This document shows, piece by piece, positions 36,851 to 46,551 of a stretch of 64,000 nucleotides of DNA (position 1 is the stretch's first letter; each line of letters starts with the position of its first letter). A program made the translations under genes and the position numbers. The notes beneath the pieces are model-generated. The model was given only the letters and a program-made list of their open reading frames with translations, was not told where the DNA came from and searched no databases. Source of the stretch: an uncultured delta proteobacterium (GTDB lineage: Bacteria > Myxococcota_A > Polyangia > Fen-1088); contig CAVYGB010000001.1 in the NCBI GenBank assembly GCA_963767925.1, positions 411,866 through 475,865 on the forward strand. The letters are read 5' to 3'.

Positions 36851-37768
36851 TCAGGGGCGCCACTCGAAGGTGTAGCGCCGCAGCTCCTGTTCCACGCGTT
36901 GGGATTCACCTTTGACCTTCAGGGTCGTCTGGCGGCCGCTGCGGGCGGCGATCGGGCGAAGCGTCCTCGGATCGGTTATCACTTCGCCGGCCGTGGTTAC
37001 CTCGATCTTCTCGACGACTTCTCGGGGCAGCGGCCGACCGACAGCCGCGCTCATCTGCCTGAGAACGCCGTCCATGAACGTGCGCACGCCCGGCTGATCG
37101 GCAGACCCGATCGTCGAAGCGAAGCTGAGGCGGATGTGGCCGGGCGGGCCATCCGCGCCATGGTTCTGGAGGTTGAGCGCCTGGTTCAGCACCGAGCCGT
37201 CGGGCAAGGCCACCTGTAGTGGTACTCCCAGGCGCGCCCCGGAAGGTAGGCGCTGGTTCGCCCAGACGCCCACCCAGACGTTCCACAGGTCGACGGCGCG
37301 CTGTACGAGGAGACCTTTCATCTCCGCAGTATTCATGAGCGCGACGACCTTGCGCTTCTGCTCGGCGTTTCCCGGCGTCGCGGCCTCGAGGGCGGCGAGC
37401 ACCTCCTCGAAGCGGCCGATCTGCACGAACTGGCCGTCGCGTGAGATGACCAGACTGGGCACGATGGCGGCGACCCTCAACGACTGCTCGAGCTTCGCGC
37501 GGACCTCGGGGTCCTTCAGGTTGGCCCCTTTCACCGCCACGAGCTCCGTCCCCTCGATATCCAGGACGAGCTGTTTGCGGTCCCCTGTCGGTGACAGTGA
37601 GAGCTGATAGCGAATGGTCACGTCCTGGCCGTGGCGTTGCGCTCTCTCCGTGACGGTCGCCCGTGTCGGGATCGGCCAGCGGAACTTCAGCGGCGCGACC
37701 TCCCCCTGGGCCGGCGCCGACAGGCCCATCGCCGCCACCAGCAGCAGGGCCTCGATGAGCCGGCGCAT
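36851..37768 (-). CDS. Secreted hypothetical protein
   Basis: Signal MRRLIEALLLVAAMGLSAPAQG; co-oriented downstream of the immunity gene. Confidence 0.7.
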   Translation of the reverse strand: MRRLIEALLLVAAMGLSAPAQGEVAPLKFRWPIPTRATVTERAQRHGQDVTIRYQLSLSPTGDRKQLVLDIEGTELVAVKGANLKDPEVRAKLEQSLRVAAIVPSLVISRDGQFVQIGRFEEVLAALEAATPGNAEQKRKVVALMNTAEMKGLLVQRAVDLWNVWVGVWANQRLPSGARLGVPLQVALPDGSVLNQALNLQNHGADGPPGHIRLSFASTIGSADQPGVRTFMDGVLRQMSAAVGRPLPREVVEKIEVTTAGEVITDPRTLRPIAARSGRQTTLKVKGESQRVEQELRRYTFEWRP

Positions 37769-37806
37769 CCGGCGACCGATCGGCGGCAGCACCTGCGGTC
37801 GCTCGA

Positions 37807-38286
37807 TCAACCCTGGCCTGCCTCTCGACCCGCACCCCGCGCCGCAGCGGGGTGCGCGCCGGCCACGATGACCTCGTTGTGGTGGGTATCGAACACGACC
37901 CAGTCCGTCCCGTGGTTCACGACGAAAAATTCGAAGAAGCCGCTCTCTCCCACGAACTCTCGCAAGTCGTCCCATTTTCCAGCGACGACCGTCCACGGTG
38001 GAAAATTGCTCGCCGTGATGAACAGGAACAGCGGGTCGCTCCCTGGTGCCTCTCCCACGATCGCGTCGAGCTTTGCCAGCCCCTCCTCTCCCTCGTAGGC
38101 GAACGTCGCCGCCGGCTCCCGCAGCGCCTCCCACCACCAGAGGCGCGAGGGGTCGCTGATGAACCGTGCCGCCACCCGCGCGGCCAGCTCGTCGCCTTCG
38201 TCCCGGCTCAGCAGGCGGAGGTCGGGACGCGCGCGCATCACCAGGTTCAACGATTCCCTGAGGTGGTCGTCGAGCTTTTCAGTCAC
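37807..38286 (-). CDS. Probable immunity protein for the RHS toxin
   Basis: GTG start overlaps the toxin 3' end; about 159 aa; WWWEAL...FFEFFVV...VVFDTHH pattern. Confidence 0.75.
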   Translation of the reverse strand: MTEKLDDHLRESLNLVMRARPDLRLLSRDEGDELAARVAARFISDPSRLWWWEALREPAATFAYEGEEGLAKLDAIVGEAPGSDPLFLFITASNFPPWTVVAGKWDDLREFVGESGFFEFFVVNHGTDWVVFDTHHNEVIVAGAHPAAARGAGREAGQG

Positions 38287-41200
38287 AGCCCTTCTTCTCC
38301 GGTCGCGATGGATGTCTGGGACCACTGTAGGGGATGTTGCCCCGCTCCGCCTCGCCCGACCGGCGCTTTCCCGCGCTTTGCCAGCTGATGTGCTGCGTGT
38401 CGTGATGCGGTCCGGGTGTGTTCGGGTGCGGTCCATCGTACCCGACCTCGGCGCCCCGAGGACCCTTGAATTCCACCGCCGTGCCGGTGACGGGATCGTA
38501 TTTCGTGATCGTGACGTCCTCGGGATTGGTCAGCCCGGAGTTCTCGAAGGCCTCCCTGCGAGCCGCATCGAAGTCGGGGACCGCTTCGTCCCCGACGGGT
38601 GGCCCCCCACCGGCCCGGCGCGCCCCGCCGGCCGTGGGCGGGAGGGATTGCGCCGCTCTCCGACCCAGCCGGGCGACATTGGCGGCGTTGCCGGCGGCGG
38701 GGATGGCGGCCGCGAGCGACAGGCCCGCACCGACGTAGTCACCTCGTCCGAGCGAGATGCCGGCATTGGCCGCATCGGGGAGCCAGCTCACGGCCGCTCC
38801 GATGCCCGTGGCATCGAGGGCGATGGAAGCGATGTCGAGCCCCGCCTGGATGTTGTCGAGCAGGCTCGAGCCCTCGGCGCCGCTCCCGGCAGCCGGCACC
38901 TTGCAGTCGACCTTCTCCTCGGTCTCCTCCCGGTTCTCCTTCTGCTCGTTGTTGCCGGCCTCGTCGTTCTGGCCGGAGTTCGGGGTGGTCTGGCCCCCGC
39001 CCCCGCCCCCGTCCCCCCGCGATGAGCTGTCGGAGGCTTCGTTGAGATCGTCGTCCCGACACTCGATGTAATACCACTGGCAGGTCGGCTCCTCGGTGAT
39101 GGTGATGCTCTCCACGCCGCCCCCGTCGTCACAGGTGCGGGTACTGCCCGAGCCGGTACAGGTGAAGCCGGCGTCCTCGAGTTGCTTGGCGGTGGCCTCG
39201 TCGACCTCGACCTCGGAGAAACCAGTCGGATCGATCTGCCGCAGCGGATTGTTGAGGGTGTAGCTGAAGCGGTTGTAGCTCGGACCGTGAAACGCGGATG
39301 GGACCAGGGGATCGGGCGTGATGAACCGCGCCAGTCGGGGATCGTAGAGCCGCCCTTTCATGTTGATGAGGCCGAGCTCGGCGTCGTCCTCGTGTTCCGT
39401 GAAGCCCAGGGTGATCTTGGATCGCCGGCGCTCGACACCCGGGAGGATGGGACGGTCGAAGTCCTTCACGTGATTGCCGAAGGGGTCGCGCCGCATGCGC
39501 TCGACGACGGCGCCCCCGGCTTCGGTGGCCAGATCGATGGAGCCCTGGCGGTCCGAATGAAGGTAAAGGGTCCGCTCCCCCGGCGCGGCCTCCTCGCGAA
39601 CCACCTGAGCGATGATGCGGTTCTTTCCGTGAACGTAAAAGACGTGGCTGGTCGCCCCCTCCGCGCGGCGCCGCTCGTACACCCCTGCCACGTAGACGGT
39701 GTGGTCCCCGTCGGACAGACGCTTCTCCGCCCGCAGTCCCGCGGCATCGTACTGGAAGGTCGCGGCGCGCGGGCCCTGGATGCTCCGGGGGAGACCGAAG
39801 GCTGTGTAGTCCACGACCTCCCCCTGCGGCCGCCGCACCTGATTGCCGCGACCATCGTATTCGAACTCGCCCCAGGGGGCCGACCGCAGCCGGTTGCTGC
39901 CTGGGAAGAAGGTGTACGACACGTCCTGGGCCGGGTCGTGGGAGGACGTGCCGGGCGTGAACATGCGGCGCCCGAGGTTCCCGAGGTCATCGATCGTGTA
40001 GGCGACCTTCCAGCCGCCGGCGCTCTCTCGGCCCTCGGCGTCCGCCCGCACCCAGCGTCGAATGCGGTTCAGGCTGTCGTATTCGAATCGTTCGTGGAGT
40101 CCGTCTAGCTCGTCGGACTGACGGACGGGGTTCCCGTCCGCCCAGTAGCCGTAGGTCGTGTGCTTGAGGGTCTGCTCGGTCTCGGGCCGCACGCTCTTGA
40201 TGCTGGTGATCCGGCCGGTCAGGCTCGAGCGCCCGTAACTGGTCACCACCCCGTTTCCGAAGCGCTCCTCGAGGAGGTTGCCGGACTCGTCGGTCTTTCC
40301 AGCCTCCCAGTAGGGCTGGCGCGCTCCCGCCTTCGCGACCCGGAGGATCTCACCGGAATCCGGGTCGTACCGATATTCGACCACCAGTCGAGCGGTTCCC
40401 GGAGAAGCGGGGTAGGTGAGTCGCTCGAGGCGTCCGTAAACATCGTAGGCAAAGTCGAGCTGGTACGAGGACCCTCGGGTCGTCCACAGCTCACGGACCA
40501 AGCGGCCGTGCGCATCGAAGGAGAACTGGCGTCGCACGCCGTCGGGGCTCAGGCTCTCGGCGAGCCTCCCGACCGCGAAGTCACCCGTGTCCCAGGTGAA
40601 GCGGGTCGTCCCGTCCTTGTCGTGTCGCGCGGTCACCCGGCCCAGGGCGTCGCGCTCGAAGGTGGTCATCTGTTCATTGCCATCCGTCTCTTCCCGGACC
40701 TCGCCGAAGCCATTGAACCTGAAGCTGCTGGTCCCTCCGTCGGGGTCCGAGATCTTCGTGCGCCTCCCCAGGGCGTCGTACTCCAGCGAGGTGACCTGAG
40801 AAACCGCGCCGGTTCCGTCGGTCCGGGTGGCGGACTCCAGCATGCCGTAGGGGTGATAGGTGAAGGTCGTCGGGATCCATTGCCCCGCGTCGTTGCGGAG
40901 CTCGGTGCGCACGACGCGCCCGAGCTCGTCTTCGGTGACCCGCTGAGGCCGCCCGAGCTCGTCGGTGATGGTGGTGATTCGCCCGTCGTAGTCGGCGGTC
41001 GAGGTGGCGATGCCGTGGGTGGTGCCCTGCCCTTCGTCCCGACGCCGACGACTCACGACCCGGGCCAGGTCGTCGTAGCCGACCTCGGTGCGCACCCCTT
41101 CTGATAGGCCCACCTCGGCGGGGCGCGAGAAGGAGGCCATCTGGCCGAGGTCGGTATAGCGGAGGTTGGAGTAGCTCAGCCGTCCCTCGGGCCGCCTCGT

Positions 41201-44200
41201 TTCCCGCCGGACCGCCTGACCCAGTCGATTGTAAAACGACCGAAGCTCGCCGCCGCCGTCCGTGATCTGTACGACCTTCATGAGGAAGCGGCCTTCGTCC
41301 TCACGGGAGTCGGGGTCGGGCTCCCGGGAATACCGCCAGGTCGTGCCGCCCCCTCCGGAGAAGGCCAGGCGCACCTGACGCCCGAAGCCGTCGTAGGCGT
41401 AACGGACCTGCACGCCGTTGGCGTCGGTGACCGCCTCGGGAAGGCCGAAGACCGGGTTGGCCACCACCGTGGTCAGGTGGCCGAGGGCGTTTCTGAAGGA
41501 GCGCGGGAACACCGAGTCCGCGTCGAACGAGACCGACTCCTCGCGCACGGTGGGCGGCGCTCCGGCACCGGCTCCCCCGCTGGAGGTGGTGCGGGCGATC
41601 TGGCCGAGGTCGTTCCTGAGATATTCGGTGCGCTGGTAGGTGTCGGTTCCTGGAACGCCCACCACGGTCGCGGCCAGCGCGCCGGTCTCGGGATCCCGTT
41701 CATAGAGGGTGACCCGCGATTCCTCTCGGGTCGGCGTGCGGGAGCTGTAGGTGACCTTCGTCGCGAGGCCGATCAGCCAGGCCTCGGGCCGGTGGACGTA
41801 TTCGCTCTCGAAGCGCTCCACGAACTCACCAGCGGCGGTGGTGGTGCGCGTCTCCTCGGCCTGCACCACGCCGAAGTCGTTTTCCTCGGGTCGGTAGAAG
41901 ATCTCTCGTCTGGACATCTTCAGGGGCACGGTCGAGGTGCTCCGGACCTCCTCGTCCCGGAAGTCGTAGCCCCTGGCCCGGACGTAGTAGCTCCGGCCTC
42001 CACTGGTCTCGACCAGCTCCACCTCGGTCCGCACGTGTGTCCTCCGGAGGCCGTCCTTCACACGCGTCTCGGTGGTCCGCGAGGCTGGAACCCATTGCTT
42101 CGAGAAGACGATGGCGCGGCTCATCGCCGGCGAAAGGGGCGGCACCGTCTCCCGCGCGTCCAGATCGAAGGCCTCGGTCGTGATGGTGTTACTGGCGGCG
42201 TCGTTGCGGGTTGAGCGGCCAAACCCGATGAAGCCGCCGCCCTCGAGGTCCGAACGGCCGTCAGCGTATGTGTAGCTGACCTCGTTCTGGCCTCCCTCGA
42301 CCCCATTGTCGACTCGGTAGGCTCGGGTGAGCCACATGCCGCGCCGGGTGCAGTGCTGGGGGAAGCTGCAGCCGTCGCCGGGCGCATAGACGGCGACATC
42401 GTTCATGGGGGCGTAGTCGACGTCGAGACGCTTTCCCATGCCGTCCTTGACCGCGGTGAGCATGTCGGGCCGCTTGCCCTGGCGCGTGGCCAGGCGTAGG
42501 ACTCCTTCGGGCGAGACCTGGACGATGTCGGTCAGGCCATCGCCGTTCGCGTCGAGGAGACGCGACTGCTTCCAGTTGTGGAGGGCGCCTCGCGCAGGGA
42601 AGAGCTCGGCGCCGTCCGCGGGCGCGCCGAGGGGGATGGCGGTGGTCAGCGGCTGAAAGCCCGAGCTCCGGCTCAGCAGGACGGTTACCCGAGACCGTAC
42701 GGCCGGGTTCGGAGCGGCGGTACGATCTCGGATCGCGCCGTTGTCCAGGAGGAAGAGGTCCCGCCGTCCGTCTCCATCGAAGTCCGCGACCTGGACCCCT
42801 GCGTCGAGGAGGTCGCCGCCGGTCGCCCCGGGCCCGACCCGGATGGAGGCCGTGGTCCCCTCGAGCTCGCGGTGCCGCGTCGGCGGTGAAAAGCCATTGC
42901 CGGTGTTGACGGCGCTGTCCGGTGCGCTGGCGCTCTGGATCAGCCGGAGCGCATCCGTGACTCCGTCGCCGTTGAAGTCCCCGAAGTGATATTTTGTTGC
43001 CTCGGATGCGGTCGAGGCGAGGAGCGTGGTGTCGGCCAGACGAAAATGGCCACGGTCGTCGCCACCTCCGGGCGGGGACAAGGGGACGTCCTCCTGGATC
43101 ATGGCGACCAGGCGTCCGCTGTCCGCGCGCGCCGGCAGCGCCAGGAAATCCAGGGCGCCGTCGTTGTCGATGTCGACGTTGTAGGCGTTCCACACGGTCG
43201 AGGAAGGGGGGAGGTCCCACCGCACGTCGAGCGGCTCGCTGAGGTCGGTGAGCCCACCGGCGGCCAGGAACCGGTAACCCCAGCGTCCGTCGTTTCGTGG
43301 TCGCAGCACGGTCAGCCGCGATTTGCCGCTGTAGTCGCCGACGTAGATGCCGGTGGTCAGATTGGCGGTGGCCGCCTCGTTCCCGGGATCGGCTTGAGGG
43401 AGCTCGACGAACGACCCGCCGGCGTTCCGGAAGTAGCGAAACACCCTGGCAGCGGCCTCGGCGCGGATGGCGTCGACTCGACCGTCCTGGTCGAGGTCGA
43501 CGAGCACGAGGTCGGTGGTTCCGCCCTTGTCGCCGATGTTCATCGGGATCGGGTCGCCGAAGCGTGTCCCATCGCTGAGGCGATAGAACCAGTCGGGGTT
43601 CTTCTGGCCGGAGGGGAGCGAACGATAGACGACGTCGTCCTTGCCGTCGTTGTTGATGTCGGCGATTTGCAAGGTCCAGAACCGGTCCAGGCCGGGTTGC
43701 CGCACGTCGCGGGCCACCGTCTGGTGTTCCTGGAATTGCTCACTCCCGGCCTCGTACGTGAACCGGGAGGGTCGCTTGCAGGCGACCGGCCGGCCTCTCT
43801 GCGCCGGGTCGCCGTCGCACTCCTCGACCGCGGTCAGGAGGTTTCGTTTCGTGTGGGGCGAAGTGGTGTGCGACAGCCGATACAGGCGGACGCACTCCAG
43901 CGCCGATGACGACGACGACATCGGAGCCCGGACGTCGATCCCGGCGAGGAGCTTGCTCCTGCGAAACTCGAGCCCTGCCACGAACTCCTGGCGGAGCGAG
44001 TCCGGATCGGGGCGCTCCCGATAGTGAAACAGGATCTGCCGGCGGGCGGCGCCATTGACGTGGGCGTAGCCGATCTCCCGAAGCAGGGGCTCCTGATGGC
44101 CATCTTCGCGCCGGGCGTCGTCCGGGTGCTGGTAGTGCGCCTCTACCCGATTCCCGAACCGATCCGCCATGCTGGCCAGCAGCCAGGAGTAGCGCACCCG

Positions 44201-44941
44201 TTCGTGGCTTCGGGCCGGGGGTTCGGAGCGCGGCGCGCCCGGCGTCGCCGACCAGCCGACCCGGTAGCCCTCCACCCGCGCGTCGTCGTGGGAGCCATAC
44301 CCGAGGATCCGCCCTTCGCGGCTACGAACCTCGAACGACCGGGGACCCAGCTCGTCGCTCTCGGTGACCGTCACCTTGACGAAGGTGTCGGGCTCGGTCC
44401 GGTACTCCGCGCCGACCTGGGCGCTCTGTCCAGCCACGAGCACCAGCGGCGATCCGCTGAGGCAGAACTCTCCGTCCCCACCAAATTCGATGGCCCCCGG
44501 GCGCACGTGACGGGAGGAGCCGTGCCCGCAACGACGGATCTCTCCCAGTCCGCGGAGGCTCCACCCCACCCCGACCTCCGTCTCGCCCCCGGTGCTCAGG
44601 TAGCTGAGCGCCAGGTTCGGCTGCAGGCCGTTTCGTCCGTCCGGGACAAACAGGGGGACGACGTACGAGAAGGAGCCATGCTGGGTGACGGAGAGCTCGC
44701 CGCTCAGGGCGCCGACGTCCGTGCCGGTATTCGTCAGGCCCATGGGCGAGTCGGTGAACGGCGGTGGTTTTTCCGGGCGAGCGCCCTGGCCCCCGGAGGG
44801 GTGGTCCCGGTCGGCCGCTCGCCCGTCGAGGCTGTCGCTCTGGCAGGAGAGCGCCGAGAGGACGACCGCGAGACCGCGAGCGATGACCTGAGCGCTCCTC
44901 CGGTCGACGCTCGACACACCTTCGCTGCAAGACAGTTTCAT
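38279..44941 (-). CDS. RHS polymorphic toxin: lipoprotein-like signal, SpvB, FG-GAP repeats, TcdB-mid-like region, YD repeats, RHS core, Ntox47-like tip
   Basis: YVVPLFVPDGRNGLQPNLALSY...GVGWSL; DINNDGKDD/DFNGDGVTD; YDALGR repeats; RLYDPRLARFITPDP...YTLNNPLRQIDPTG; tip GAEV...HISWQSAGKR. Confidence 0.93.
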   Translation of the reverse strand: MKLSCSEGVSSVDRRSAQVIARGLAVVLSALSCQSDSLDGRAADRDHPSGGQGARPEKPPPFTDSPMGLTNTGTDVGALSGELSVTQHGSFSYVVPLFVPDGRNGLQPNLALSYLSTGGETEVGVGWSLRGLGEIRRCGHGSSRHVRPGAIEFGGDGEFCLSGSPLVLVAGQSAQVGAEYRTEPDTFVKVTVTESDELGPRSFEVRSREGRILGYGSHDDARVEGYRVGWSATPGAPRSEPPARSHERVRYSWLLASMADRFGNRVEAHYQHPDDARREDGHQEPLLREIGYAHVNGAARRQILFHYRERPDPDSLRQEFVAGLEFRRSKLLAGIDVRAPMSSSSSALECVRLYRLSHTTSPHTKRNLLTAVEECDGDPAQRGRPVACKRPSRFTYEAGSEQFQEHQTVARDVRQPGLDRFWTLQIADINNDGKDDVVYRSLPSGQKNPDWFYRLSDGTRFGDPIPMNIGDKGGTTDLVLVDLDQDGRVDAIRAEAAARVFRYFRNAGGSFVELPQADPGNEAATANLTTGIYVGDYSGKSRLTVLRPRNDGRWGYRFLAAGGLTDLSEPLDVRWDLPPSSTVWNAYNVDIDNDGALDFLALPARADSGRLVAMIQEDVPLSPPGGGDDRGHFRLADTTLLASTASEATKYHFGDFNGDGVTDALRLIQSASAPDSAVNTGNGFSPPTRHRELEGTTASIRVGPGATGGDLLDAGVQVADFDGDGRRDLFLLDNGAIRDRTAAPNPAVRSRVTVLLSRSSGFQPLTTAIPLGAPADGAELFPARGALHNWKQSRLLDANGDGLTDIVQVSPEGVLRLATRQGKRPDMLTAVKDGMGKRLDVDYAPMNDVAVYAPGDGCSFPQHCTRRGMWLTRAYRVDNGVEGGQNEVSYTYADGRSDLEGGGFIGFGRSTRNDAASNTITTEAFDLDARETVPPLSPAMSRAIVFSKQWVPASRTTETRVKDGLRRTHVRTEVELVETSGGRSYYVRARGYDFRDEEVRSTSTVPLKMSRREIFYRPEENDFGVVQAEETRTTTAAGEFVERFESEYVHRPEAWLIGLATKVTYSSRTPTREESRVTLYERDPETGALAATVVGVPGTDTYQRTEYLRNDLGQIARTTSSGGAGAGAPPTVREESVSFDADSVFPRSFRNALGHLTTVVANPVFGLPEAVTDANGVQVRYAYDGFGRQVRLAFSGGGGTTWRYSREPDPDSREDEGRFLMKVVQITDGGGELRSFYNRLGQAVRRETRRPEGRLSYSNLRYTDLGQMASFSRPAEVGLSEGVRTEVGYDDLARVVSRRRRDEGQGTTHGIATSTADYDGRITTITDELGRPQRVTEDELGRVVRTELRNDAGQWIPTTFTYHPYGMLESATRTDGTGAVSQVTSLEYDALGRRTKISDPDGGTSSFRFNGFGEVREETDGNEQMTTFERDALGRVTARHDKDGTTRFTWDTGDFAVGRLAESLSPDGVRRQFSFDAHGRLVRELWTTRGSSYQLDFAYDVYGRLERLTYPASPGTARLVVEYRYDPDSGEILRVAKAGARQPYWEAGKTDESGNLLEERFGNGVVTSYGRSSLTGRITSIKSVRPETEQTLKHTTYGYWADGNPVRQSDELDGLHERFEYDSLNRIRRWVRADAEGRESAGGWKVAYTIDDLGNLGRRMFTPGTSSHDPAQDVSYTFFPGSNRLRSAPWGEFEYDGRGNQVRRPQGEVVDYTAFGLPRSIQGPRAATFQYDAAGLRAEKRLSDGDHTVYVAGVYERRRAEGATSHVFYVHGKNRIIAQVVREEAAPGERTLYLHSDRQGSIDLATEAGGAVVERMRRDPFGNHVKDFDRPILPGVERRRSKITLGFTEHEDDAELGLINMKGRLYDPRLARFITPDPLVPSAFHGPSYNRFSYTLNNPLRQIDPTGFSEVEVDEATAKQLEDAGFTCTGSGSTRTCDDGGGVESITITEEPTCQWYYIECRDDDLNEASDSSSRGDGGGGGGQTTPNSGQNDEAGNNEQKENREETEEKVDCKVPAAGSGAEGSSLLDNIQAGLDIASIALDATGIGAAVSWLPDAANAGISLGRGDYVGAGLSLAAAIPAAGNAANVARLGRRAAQSLPPTAGGARRAGGGPPVGDEAVPDFDAARREAFENSGLTNPEDVTITKYDPVTGTAVEFKGPRGAEVGYDGPHPNTPGPHHDTQHISWQSAGKRRSGEAERGNIPYSGPRHPSRPEKKGCD

Positions 44942-45207
44942 GGCATCCCCCTCGCTGGTCGGCCGTGCCGGGGGGGCAACAACGAGTCGACGAACGAGAG
45001 CGCCCCGCGCTCGGCCATGGAGCAGAGCTGTATACGCGTCGCCAGATGTCCAGGGCGGGGGGAAGCGGACCGCGGTCTGAAGCGCAGATATCGAAGCAGA
45101 GGCCTGGATATTGCGACGTCGACTTCAGCGGCAGTTGGGTGCCGTTCGAGTCGGGCCGCTCCCGACGTTGCGGTGAATGCGGCCTGGCTGGGGGGAGGTG
45201 TTCCCCG

Positions 45208-46551
45208 TCAGCGCGCGGGCGCGAGGCGGCGCCACAGGTGGTAAAGCGGCAGCCCGGCGGCGGCGATCAGCAGCCCCAGGACGGGGGCGCGATCGCCGGC
45301 CTGCCAGGTGCTGGCGCCGATGGCGATCAGGATGGCGCCGGTTCCCACCACGAACACGAGCGGCACCAGCGGATAGCCGGGGGTGCGGTAGCCCGTGCTG
45401 CCGGGTGGGATCCGCGGGCGCAGCACGAAGATGGCGGCGATGGCGAAGACCAGCGCCGACCACTCGACGAGCACGAAGTAGGTGGAGATGCGGGCGAAGC
45501 TCTCCAGCCAGAACACGAGGGCGATGGCCACCGCGGCCTGCACCGCGATGGCCACGTGGGGGGTGGCAAACCGGGGATGGACCTGGCCCAGGGCCCGGAA
45601 CGCCAGCCCGCTGCGGGCCAGCGCGAAGGGGACGCGGGCGTTGGTGAGGATGACGCCGTTGAGGGTCCCGAACACGCTCGCCAGGATGGCGGCGCTCATG
45701 GCTGCTCCGCCCCAGGGTCCCAGCAGGTCGCTCGCCAGCCGGCGCGCCACGACCTGCTCGCCGCTCACCTGCAGGGCGGGCAGGCTCAGGTGGTAGGCCA
45801 GGTTCGCCGCCACGTAGAGGACGATGATCGCCGCCATGCTCACCAGGATCGTGCGCGCGATCTGGCGGCGGGCGTCGGAGAGCTCGCCGGCCACCAGGCC
45901 GATGTACACCCAGCCGTTGTAGGTGAAGATCACGAAGGCCGCCGCCTGGGCCAGGCTGCCCGCGTCGGGGGCGGCCATGGGGGCCAGATTGGCGACGTCG
46001 GTCCGGCCGACCGCGGCGACAACGAGCAGCAGGCCCAGTAGCGCCGCCACCTTGAGGGCGGTGAAGAAGCCCTGGATGCTGGCGCCGAAGCGCACGCCCA
46101 CCACGTTGGCCGCCGACAGCACGAGGATGGTGGCGGCGGCCAGGCCCCGCACCGCCGGGGCCGGCACCACCTCGGCGCCGCCGTAGAGCAGCTCCATCAC
46201 CCGCTCGCTGAACACCAGGGCGAGGGCGCCGATGCCGCTGGGGGTGGCGGCGACGAGGTAGAGCCACCCGAAGGTGAAGGCGGCGGCGTCGCCGTAGGCC
46301 GCCCGCAGGTAGACGTAGCTCCCGCCGGTCTGCGGGTGCAGGCACACCAGCTCGGCCAGGGTCAGGGCGCCGCACAGGCTGACCAGCCCCAGCCCCAGCC
46401 ACAGCAAGAGGATGAGGGGAGGGTGGGGGAGGACCTGGGCGATCTCGGCGGGGGCCCGGAAGATGCCGCTGCCGACGGTGCAGCCGATGACGATGGCGGT
46501 CCCGCCCCAGAACCCGATCACCGAGCGCAGGCCGTCGGCCGACCGGCTCAT
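45208..46551 (-). CDS. APC-family amino acid permease
   Basis: IGCTVGSGIF, PQTGGSYVYL, FTYNGW...AGE, YRTPGYP. Confidence 0.92.
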   Translation of the reverse strand: MSRSADGLRSVIGFWGGTAIVIGCTVGSGIFRAPAEIAQVLPHPPLILLLWLGLGLVSLCGALTLAELVCLHPQTGGSYVYLRAAYGDAAAFTFGWLYLVAATPSGIGALALVFSERVMELLYGGAEVVPAPAVRGLAAATILVLSAANVVGVRFGASIQGFFTALKVAALLGLLLVVAAVGRTDVANLAPMAAPDAGSLAQAAAFVIFTYNGWVYIGLVAGELSDARRQIARTILVSMAAIIVLYVAANLAYHLSLPALQVSGEQVVARRLASDLLGPWGGAAMSAAILASVFGTLNGVILTNARVPFALARSGLAFRALGQVHPRFATPHVAIAVQAAVAIALVFWLESFARISTYFVLVEWSALVFAIAAIFVLRPRIPPGSTGYRTPGYPLVPLVFVVGTGAILIAIGASTWQAGDRAPVLGLLIAAAGLPLYHLWRRLAPAR

